From Hyphochytrium catenoides (lineage: Eukaryota > Protista > Hyphochytriomycota): 64,000 bases of DNA. Shown here piece after piece: positions 26,973 through 37,572 of the stretch. Where the stretch lies: positions 30,632-94,631 of the forward strand of contig FLMG01001771.1 of assembly GCA_900088475.1 (NCBI GenBank), in the 5' to 3' direction. The position numbers were made by a program, and so were the translations under genes. Every line of letters begins with the position of its first letter. Within the stretch, counting starts at the first letter, position 1. Under the pieces are notes generated by a model that saw only the letters and a program-made list of their open reading frames with translations, made no database searches and had not been told where the DNA came from.

Positions 26973-29150
26973 TCACCAGCAATAATAATAGGAGAAATGG
27001 GACAAGGAGGAAAGTCCAAGACCATCATCATTCGCCACCACCAGCGAAGCAAGAGAAGGATCCAACTGCTGAGACAGAATACGTTCGAACGCTGAAGGGC
27101 ATTTCGTCATGGAAGGCCCAGGAGAATCGGGTATGTAACAGCCGTAATAAGCCCATCGTGAGTCCTGGAGACCAGTAGTAGTAGCGTCCATAAAGAAAGC
27201 GTCAAGCAAGGAGCGATCACATTGAAGCTTCATAAGCCGCTGCACACAGGCTAGGACACGAGGCATAGCTGCCCCCAAGGATTCTCCAACTAGGGAACAA
27301 ACTGCAGCCGTACAGCCTTACAGCGAGCCTCATCGTACCCTTCTTCTTCAACTTGATAACCTCAGAAAAACAACCCTGATGATAGCCTCTAATTGATGAA
27401 GAGTAAGAACAGGTTTGAATTTTAATGCGGCCTTTTATCTATCATTATTCAGAGGTTGGGAAGGGAAACATGCAACATGCAACAGACTTAGCTAGGACGA
27501 CAGAGGACACAGACTCTAAAGCTCTAGTAATAGCACGAAGCTCACCCTTTTTTATACCACCACGGTACTACGAGTGTCGGCAGATGTAGACAGAAGGAGT
27601 ACTAAACAAGGGAAGAGAAAGAGACTATTATTGTTCCTAGGCGCAGGAACGAGGAGGGGTAATGGCTGAGACAAGCACTTCATAATAAACGGTGGCCAGA
27701 AGAAGAAGAGAAGAAGACAGCGCAGCCAAGAATCGGGAAGACGACGAAGTCGCCACCAGACGAGGAGCCTTAGGAGAAGGGAGAACAGTAATAAGCAGAT
27801 GATACGAAGAAGAGCAACTGGCCTATGATGAAGTAACGTACCGTTCAAAAGATAGCCAAACTACTACTCGCAAAGTGCCAGGGAAGAAAACAAGGCCGGA
27901 TATAACAGTAGTAGAAGATGCAGAGCTCTCGATCACACTCCACTTCGCTGACACTTTTTTGGCAATGGCAACCACCTCTCCTAATAATCTAGTTATGAGA
28001 GACTGATAGGAGGCTTTGACTTGTTTACATCTGTAGCAGCAGAGTAACTTCTTACTTCAGGAGGTAGTAGTTCTAGTACTGAAAAGAAGCTGGCCTACTC
28101 TGGTGGTAGAACTACTCCACCACTTCTCCGCAGTACAGTTTTACACTTTTACTATTTTATTCACATTCCCTAAAATAAGTAATAACGGATTCTGCTATTT
28201 ACGGCAATGGATGTGCTTGCTGTACGTCCTCTTGTCGGTTCATGGTGAACTGGATGAGAGAGCATCATCTGCTTCAATGCTTCTTCTGTCCTGTCTCTTT
28301 GGGACTTCTGAGCCCCCTCCTTGCCCGCTGCGTTGTTTCCCAGCCATCACGGATACACAGCGAAGAGTGAAGAAGACGAAAGCCACCACGACAACCATCA
28401 TAATATCTGGGATGGTACGAGAAGCCTTAGACGGTCAGACAACATCCGAACCAGGTCATAGGCACTCTTCGAGGACGATGAGGGTGACATATTATTAATG
28501 GTAACTACGTAGATTCCTCTTCGGGGCGTCGTCGTAAGGCATTATTATGTTGATCTGGATGTCTCTTCTTGTCGTCATCGAGACCACCTAGACTGTCGCC
28601 TTCTTCGGTCGGTCCGGACATTGCTTGTGCTTCAGGGTGCGAGAGCAGCTCGTCTTCATGCCCAAAAGCTTCCTCCTGATCCATCATCATCAAAAAAGAA
28701 GCCTCGCCTTCAACGAGCAGTCAATAGGCCGGCAGCCATCATCATCGATCGTCGGTCTGCTACATTTGCTGGAAGAGAAGGAGAGCCAGAATAACTGCCT
28801 ACTGCTGGGTTGGTAGTTCTCTTTGTGCTTACTTGCTTAGTTCCATCCCAGGGATCTCCATCATCGGGGACAGGGCTCGGCATTGCTTGCTGGGCTTACA
28901 TAACAAGGGCCAGTTTTCCTCAGCACTGCGGTTCTTCTGCAGCAGCAGCAGCAGTAGTAGTACACACAACGCTTGGTTGGCATGGCCCAGAAGAAGAACA
29001 GCAAGAAACGCTCGAGGATCCACCACCTCTTCCCTTTCATCACCATCCAGCGACATGATGTCTGCCAACTGTCGGGTCCATCCTCTTGCAAGCGAAACGA
29101 TGGCGCTGATGGCTACAACGGAAGGAGGTGAACCAACAGGAGAAGCCTAA
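26973..29150 (-). pseudogene. Possible decayed gene remnant of unknown family in a low-complexity block
   Basis: Several short minus-strand protein-like fragments (..DQEEAFGHEDELLSHPE.., SAYDLVRMLSDRLRLLVP, VLACVQRLMKLQCDRSLLDAFFMD) are broken by stops and frameshifts. No recognisable domain. Confidence 0.2.
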
Positions 29151-29293
29151 GCAAAGACTATTTGCTAAGGTCATGCGAGAGAAAATTCTGCTTCTTCTCG
29201 TTCCCCTTTGTTATGGCATAAGCACTACTGCAGCTAGGGAGTCCAATAACGTCAGTAGCCAGCGAGCCAAACAAGAGTGAGTAGGAGACCAGT

Positions 29294-29381
29294 TCCTGCT
29301 CGGTTTGTCTGAACTCTTCGTGAGTTTCCGCAGTTTATCCTGCTCGGTTTGTCCGAACTCTTCGTGAGTTTCCGCAGGTTA
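29294..29381 (+). repeat. Direct tandem duplication, 2 x 44 bp (2 mismatches)
   Basis: tcctgctcggtttgtcYgaactcttcgtgagtttccgcagKtta at 29294 and 29338, followed by T7. Confidence 0.95.
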
Positions 29382-30609
29382 TTTTTTTGCACTTGTCCAA
29401 AGAAGCGGCTTCTACTGAAAGCGAGTTGGAGCGAGCTCTCTCAGCTGAAAGATCTTATCACCGGCCGGTAAACTTTTCTTACTTTCCTCCTCGCTAGGAA
29501 CACTATAGGCTACGGGCGGGGGAGCACGAGGCGGTGTCCTCTTCACCTTTGACTGTTGTTGGGGATACCTAATGCCCGCCTGCTGGGGCCCCAGGGGTGT
29601 CCAGATGATCCTGCGTCAATGAGAGATTTTCAAGGTATCAAGGGTGCTCCTTAGGTCATTTGTGCGCTGAATCAAGCTCGAAAACGGAACCTGTGAACGA
29701 AGCATGAGAAGCTCTTCATTAGTTTCCTCCTAATTGTATCTTTGTTGAGATGCCTGTGATCCTCCTCCTCTTCTCAGCTCTTCCTGTGTCTCTTTCTATA
29801 TGAAGATCCTTCCCTGCTTTTGTTTCCAACCAATGGACGTACGTCTCTTTCTCCGTCTTTTTATTGCTCTCTCTGCTACACAGAGAGGATGACTTCACTA
29901 CTGCCACTACCGTTGTTCAAAATACCGGAGGAATAGACACCACCGCCTCTCTCTTGTAGCAGGGCTTTGCGGTTAGAAGTGGTGAAGGAAAACGATAGAG
30001 TAAAGGGGCAGATCTAAGAGAAGAGGCGAACGCTGAGGAGAAAAGAATGAAATCAAGAGAGGGAGACTACTAGGACAGGAGATAACAGCGAGGGAAAGCA
30101 CAGGAAGAGACAAGAAGAGACACAGAAGAGAGAGAGAGAGAGAAATGGTGGCGAGGGGATAATGCGTGAAAAAACCAGGTAGACTTTTGAGGGACAGCCT
30201 TTCTTGGAGGGACGCTAGGAGGAGAAGACTCACCCGAAGGTGATCCACTACGCGGGGTTTAGTTCCCTCATTCCTTCTCTTCTTCTGTAAGGGACTGAGC
30301 GCTGATGCCACTGAACATCGTAAAGAACAAGGGGTGACTCTAAACATTTGTGAATTTCCTATGAAGAACCTCGTCCGTCCTTTGAGAGGACGGCAGTGTT
30401 CAATAGACTGAAGAGATCGGCAGCGACTCCGTCACTTGTTGTTAGTGGCAGCTTGCTACTACATCGTGGTCTGGTGATTTGATAGGGAGAAGAGAGCCCT
30501 TCTGTGCTCAACGGCGCCACTACTGTTTTGTCACACTTGCCTTTCTGCCCACTTTGAGAAAAGACAGCTTTACTTATTTGGCAAAGTGGGAAGCTCCTCC
30601 TACTAGAGG

Positions 30610-33600
30610 ATGAATTCATTCTTCTCGTCTCCACCTGCTACCGCATCATCACCGGCGGCCACGACGGCAGCAGGGCTCTCTCCCCTGTCAGTAGAAGGCC
30701 GTATAACAAAGGAACCTCCTCCACCATCCTCTTGTTCTGGTGGGAGGAGGGGAGAGCCAGAAATGGAGCGGATTGCTGCAGATCTTGCCCCCAAGCTTCT
30801 CGACAGCACAGCTGGAGAGACCGAGCAAAGAATAATGGAGGTAATTAGGGTGGTCCCTCGGCCGCCAAGCGTCATGTCCGTCGTTTCTCCGGTTTGCAAA
30901 GAAGAACAACATCCAACTGAAGAACAACCACAGCAGCAGCAGACGGGGAAGAATGAACACTTTCTCCCTTTGTCAGTTCTTCCTACACCCCGTCGTTTCC
31001 CTCCTCCTGATCCTTTCAATCCTCTTCTTGCTGGTCTTCTTCCTGTACAGCACCAGACGCCGACAGGGCATCAGCAGCCATCAACGAGGGGCCAGTCATC
31101 ACCAAAGCATACCTCTGGAAGCTTGAGGAGTAGTGGGTCACTAGGGAAGAGAAAAGAAGCTACATCTTCGTCCTTCCCACAGGACAACAACCGAACGGAA
31201 GCAAAACGTCCGATGACCCGGCAACAACAGAATGGATCATCGCAGAAGGAGGACCTGTGCTTCACAACTCGGCTTCAACTGCGCACGATAGCAAATAGGG
31301 CTCGCAAACTGGTTGAAGAGGCACCTAGTCACTGCCTGACCGAAGAACAACTTAGGCAACGCCTGCAACGCAGCTTCGGTGCCAAACTTTATAATCTCTA
31401 CAGAGAGTTAGACTATCCGGGGCTGCTGCAAGCCTACTACTTAAAGATTGCAAATGGAAAGGAGGGGTTTGAAGAAAAAATGGTTTGGCTGTTGGACTCC
31501 GACTGGACCAGCAGTTCCGCACTCTATCCCTCCGCTTCCTCCCCCATGATCCTCTCTTCCATTCCTAAAGAAAGACCCTCTCCTCCTTTCCCTACTACGG
31601 AGGCACCATCTCCTTTGCCTCTCATACAGTCGCTGCCCCTTCGCCCAGCAGCAGCTCCTGGAAATGCGCATTCCTCCTCCTTTTACCCTGGATGGGGTCA
31701 GCAACCGGCGTGGGACGCCATCCCGTGGATGAAAAGAGAGTCAGACACGCAAGGGGACGGCTTCCATCCAAGGCTGGAGGAAGAAAGCGGTGGCAGGATG
31801 GAGAGTGCCTTGGGGAGAAGGAAAAGACAGAACCAAAGGAGCCTGTGTGCCTTGAAGGTGGGATCGGTGACTGACGATAGGTTGGACGCCGAAGTGCCAG
31901 TATTCTATGTCTCAGCGTCCACATCCCAAAAACTTCTTATGTTGATAGAGGAAGAGCTCTCGCGATGCTCTGAGCTCTCACTATGCTTCCAAAAACCAAA
32001 GCTCGGGGAACTCAGGACGAGAGACAAAGAGCCCGCTACTGTCTGTTGTTATCTCCTCACCATTCTCTCTGTGTCGGCTGCTATATCTACTGCCCCATCA
32101 CCGCCGGTACATAATTATGCCTCATCTTCTTCCTTTGCTTCTTCCAGCACGGCGCTAGGTGGAGGGCGAGAAGAAGAGAAGGGTGGCCAAGAAAAGAAGG
32201 TCTTCCTTTTCGAATTGGCACCTAAAAATGGCTCTTCCTACTACCCTTCGTCGCCCATAAGTGACCTGGTTCGCCGTGTTATTGCGCGCCCTGGGGTCAC
32301 AAAAGCCGTCTGGACAGACGAGGACGCTCACCTTCCTTCGGGCCCCTGGCAATTCTTCTTAGGGGCCAACCCGATGGGAGTCTTTGACATTTATGAGGTG
32401 TCCAAGCAGCTCTCTGCTTTCTTGTCCTGGAGCTGTTTACCCGGAGGAGCAGGCAAGAGAACTGAGGAGGAAGATCGTTGTCCATCAAATACGGTCGGTG
32501 ATCTTAGTCTGAACAAGCTGTTGAAGCTCTTCAATCTGCCTGTAAACAACCTTAAGGAGATTATGGCCAAGGAGATGACGGCCATCCTACAGAACGAAAG
32601 CGGAGAGAAGAATAGACGCAGAAAATGGACATTCATGCTGAGAAGTCAGCCCATGATCCACTGCGCGACATACGATGTACTGCATCTTTTGGAGCTGAAG
32701 AAGAAGCTGGAGGAGAAATGGAAAGAAGCCTGCCGATCGCGCTTTTCCTGCTCCTCTTCTCATCAGCCATCGGTTCCCCCTTTTGCTCTTCCTCGTCCTC
32801 TTCAAAGTGGGAGTCCTCCGGATCCATCCAAAACAGGAGAGTGTTTCACCAGTCAAGAGATGAGGGACCGCTTCCTTCCCTTTGGCGTTCCACTCTCTCT
32901 TTGTTTTCATTGCGACGTAGATCCTCCGTCCGGGTCGGTACTGTTCCTTCCACTCTATAGCCTGCTGAAGTCTTCTACTGCTTCTGGCACCTCCTCCAGC
33001 AGTAGTGTGAAGGCAGACAAGAATGAGCTTAGGAAAGAGAAGATGGAAGAAGACAAGGATCAACGACAGGCTAGCGAGAAGACACTGCTTAGAAAGATAA
33101 TGAGCAAGAGTGCTTTTGGGACAAGAAGAGAAGCACAACTAGAAGCCAAGAAGAAGGTAAGAGACCTCCCACCACCACTCCTTGCCGGACAGCCGCAGCC
33201 ACGGCAGTCCATTAGTGCCTCAGACACAGTAGAGGAAGAGAAGAGACGCCACGGCATTAGGAGGCCAAACGCAGGCACTGAGGAAGGAAGACCAGCACAC
33301 CGCAGAGGTGCTGAAGAGGGAAATGGAAGAGGAAGAGAATCCGAGAAGAAAGAGCAGGAAGGAGGCGAGGGAGAGCGACGGGGACATCAGCAACTTGTAG
33401 GTATATATGGCGCAGCGCTACTGCGGGACATTGTATCCTCTGTCGGAGGGACTCAGGGTACTGCTGGTGCAAAAAGGCCTTCCATTCTCATCCTGGGGCC
33501 GCCAGGCGTAGGTGGGTTGCACCTGCTTTTTTTGGGGCTACAGCTCTTCCCTTGAGGTCTGTTTCAGTCCTCCTTCGCCCCACCTCGTCCTAGATATTAT

Positions 33601-35209
33601 CAGCAATTCAGGAGGATCGGCTGTTGATGCGTGGAAGCCTTTCTTCCATCTCTTATCCACCTCTCGGTTTCGTCGCCCTTCTCTCTCTCGCTCGCTCTTG
33701 CCTGATTCAGGGAGCTCTATAGATGATAATGGGTCTCCACCATTCATCGACTACCGATATACTTGTTTATCATTGACCATGTTCCCCAACCTCTGTGCAC
33801 CATTCTCTCTGACGTCTGCCGCCATCCTCCATCCTCCTAGGGAAGACGAGTCTCTTGAGAGACATTGCCTACGAGCTTGCGTCCACTCTCTATGGCAGGA
33901 AAGTGGTAATGGTTGACACTTGGGGTGAGTTTGCAAGATATGACACCGAGGTGACGCCGTCGCCAGCCTCTGGCAGACGAGTTGTGCATCAGGTGCCGGT
34001 GCGGAAGAGAGAGAAACAGTTCGAAGTAATGTTGGACGCAGTGCGTACTTACTGGCCCGAGGTACGGTGCCCAAAACGATGGCTGTATCGCTCCTTCCTA
34101 CATAAAATAAGGGCACTCTGTCTTCTCGTGCACCGTCCGGCTTGCAACGTGATCTTTTGTTCGATTCCCTCTATTCATCCATGTCAGCTCCATTGATCTG
34201 CGCCACTGCATCTAACCCTTCTCTTCTTTCCACCTCCAACCTGCGCTGGCCCTCCGGATTCCTTCTCCTCCCCGTTTTGGTCTCACTTTCTCATCCACCT
34301 CCCCCGCGGCAGGTACTCGTTATCGATGAGATCGCTGGCGATGACTTCAAGGAGACTGTTGCCCTCCAGTCTATTGTTGCTAGCCATGGAGTTACGCTGA
34401 TCGCCGGCGTTCGTGGGCACCGCAACCTTCTCTTAAATCTACTGAAAGATCCGCCGCTTGCAGAAGTAGTCAGAAAAGGAGGGAAGGGGGAAATGACTGG
34501 AATGATTCTGGAATCCCGAGAGGAAGAAGAGGATTGCGCGAAGCAACCGGAGCGGAACAGACCTGCACCAATCTTTGCCGTGGGGATCGAGGTATCAGCA
34601 GCAGGAGGGTCCTCTGTGTCAAATGTGGTCTCCTCGTCATCTTTCCTCCTCCTTCGCGTACTGGTGCCTGGTAGCGTGCTCCGCTTCTTAGTCTAGATTG
34701 CCTCCTTCACCTTCTTCCTTCTGCTTAAGCCCTGGCTTCCTCTTTCCTTACTACTTGTCTTAGAGGTGTGCCGAGACCTCCTCCGTCATCCTTCGCCATG
34801 TCTGGGGACTATGATGTCTAAACGTACATAGAGCTAACGTCGTGACATGTTCTGGGACAACAATTCGTAGGTGATAAGGAGGAACTGCTACTGGATCCAT
34901 TTTGATCTTCCAATGTCGGTGAACGCTATACTGTCAAACAGAGGACCTGCTACCTCTGGAGCAAGAATGGAATTGAGATATATTGCGGATGCCCAGCAAA
35001 CTGAAGGCAGCGGTGCCTGTCATCAAGTTCCTGTTCCGTACCCCGCATCTCCCTCTTTCTCGTCCTCGGTGTCATTAGACGACCTTGCAACCGAGTATCG
35101 GCCTCTAATGCAAGCAATCCTACAGCCTTCCTTCTGGAGCTTCCAGGTGCAAACGGAGTCAACAAAGGAGGTAGAGCACCTGTTCAGCTCCGTAAGGAGA
35201 GTGAACTGA
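30610..35209 (+). CDS. Paralogue A: LOTUS-like + degenerate EXD1/Egl-like 3'-5' exonuclease fold + partial Ycf45/SpoIIIAA-type ATPase (~1246 aa; exons 30610-33511, 33841-34061, 34313-34591, 34871-35209)
   Basis: GT-AG splicing restores Walker A ILILGPPGVG|KTSLLRDIA and Walker B VLVIDEI. Exonuclease-fold remnants [42 protein letters not shown]. Colinear with paralogue B. Confidence 0.75.
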
Positions 35210-37572
35210 TCTGTAGGGATGAGGAGTCCAAAAAAGACGCCTCAAAGAAGAAGATTGAGAGGAAGTAGCATTAGCAGATAACTAACGTCAAGCAAGTTCA
35301 ACTTTGGAAATATAGAGAAGATAGATGGTTTTAAGAGCAGCACCCGTGTGACAAACAGTTCTATTTTGTGGATGCGAAGCGGCTGGGCAGCAGCGAGGTC
35401 AACGGCGGATCAGAACAATAATAATGAAGCGTGAATGCAAATCACCCTACTAACCGGTGGCCAGGGGGAGAAGTAGAAGAAGCACGTTGGTGGAAGAGTG
35501 CTCCTATAGTTGACGGGAAGAAGATGAATGCAATAATAAGAATGTCTGTCATACGAAGCACCATCCATCGCGGCCAAAAAGGCTAACGAATAGGCTAATA
35601 AGGAAGCAACTAATACTGCTGGTCTGCGAAGGAGATGGTGCTGGCCGTAAGTGGAGGTGCTGCTGGTCGTAAGCCGTGGACAAGACGAAGAGCGAAACGT
35701 AGGAGCGGATCAATATCCTTCACCCTGAACGAGGGTAGATTCTAAAATATTATATAGTTGAAATGGTGGTGGTGGCAAAGGAAGTGAAGGAGTCTCTGTA
35801 GGTAGAAGTCGTTGAAGGAAGCGGGTCAGCTGGCTGCTGCTGCCTGGTGGCGGAAGGTCGGTGAGTCATGATGATGACACGAAGTAGTAGTAGCTAGTAG
35901 AGGAGGTGAGTATAAAGCATGCCTTTTATCTGCTGCCGCTTCTATCTGCAATGATGGCGCTTCATAGTGATGATGATCATAAATAAAGAAAGAGTAGTCA
36001 ATGACAAGCTCTTGGGCTGGCATACATGGCAGTGGCACCAAGTACAAGAGGCGACGCGCCGACATCCTAAGAAATATCAAGAGAAAGTTCTGTTGTCGAT
36101 TTGGTTGCTAAAGCGACAGATGAGGAGGAACAGCATAGAGCGGAGGAGGAGGGGCCGTGGTGGGCAGTGTAAGTGAGGAATATTGTGAGCCCCGGTGGCG
36201 GTGGTGATGGGAGTTGTTGTTCGTGTCAATTGAGAGGAGAAAGCAACAACGAGGAAGACAGGGGAAACCGCGAGGAGGAGAGGAGGTTGTCGATAGATTG
36301 AGCACGCACTACACTCCTACTTACTGCTGCACATCCTTCCATCCTTGTCCTTCCTCCTCTATTTTGTAGTATAGAACGGAGAAGGTGTAAACTCGTAGTT
36401 AGAAATCTAATATAAAGAGAAGCCTGCTGCTAATGGTACATCGAGGTTATTAATAATAAGAAGGACGGGAAGAGATCGCATGCTGCACACCAGGCTGTCG
36501 CCACCATCACCACTACTAGCAAAGCAAGACAAGCAGCAGCAGGAGGCAGTAGTACTAGCAGCATCATCCCTGCTGACGATGGATATGATGCTGCCACCGG
36601 CGGCGGGCGGTGCTGTCGTCGTCGGGCTGCTGTCGCTACCTACGAGCCCTCATCTTCATCATCATCATCTTGGCGCTCTTCTTCTTCTTCTGCCGAGCGG
36701 TACTGCTCTACTACTACCTGCTGTTGGTACAGATGTGGTGGTGGTGGAAGGAAGGAAAAAGGTTGTGGCGGTGGTAGTAGCGAGGGTTCCCGGCGGAGAG
36801 GAACAACAACAAACTACTGCTGCTGCTGCATACTACACAGCAAGCAGCAGAGGAAGCTGGTGGGTGGATCACCATCCACATAGTTCTAATACCATCGATC
36901 GATCGATCATCGCCGCCGCAGCTCGCTCCCTCCGCCCCCGCCGCCGCCTCGTGTGACGGCCTGCCAGTGGGTTCACAGTACTGTTTTATTTATTATTGAC
37001 TACCAGAGAAAAGGCTTGTTTGCAGTAGTTGTTAGCGAGCGGCTGGTGACCCACGCTGTGCATCAGACTCTAGAATCATACACGGGTAATCCCAGGAGCA
37101 CAGGAGGTGTACATAATGCCGTTACCGGCACTATGAGCACCTTGGTTGTGCTTCAACAATAGGAAGAAAGAAAGCTTGGCCCCAGGACTTCTTCAGGCTC
37201 TCCAGCAGCTGCGTGCTGCAAGGGATGCCGGCTCCCATCATTATCGCAGGAGGAGGAGGTGGAGCGCGGCGGCGTTGGCTTGCGGGGCGGCGGCACGAGA
37301 CAGCTGCGCAGACATTCTGCCGATAAAGATCCACCGAGGACAGAGTGAAAGGAGATCGTCCAACGGCACGATATGCAGCCAGAGGACCAAGCAAGACACT
37401 GTAAGAGAGTTGCGTCTCATATAGTCATAGGGACAGGCACACGAGGAGGGAGTTTGATAGTACGAGTTCGACCACGCCAGAGGCAGCTTTGCCCAGCCAA
37501 TGATGAGACCGAGGTGAATGCAGCCCAGAAACACGTCCACGCAGGGTGCGTTTCACCTGAAGTGAGCGAAGT

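Noticed and set aside
29294-29381. CRISPR-like array
   Set aside because: Only two abutting copies with no spacers, no cas genes, and a eukaryotic context.
36480-36956. 158-aa ORF, and other short ORFs such as 63082-63294 and 63486-63809
   Set aside because: Products of microsatellite or low-complexity DNA with no domain signal. Most other short ORFs in the track are antisense shadows of real exons.
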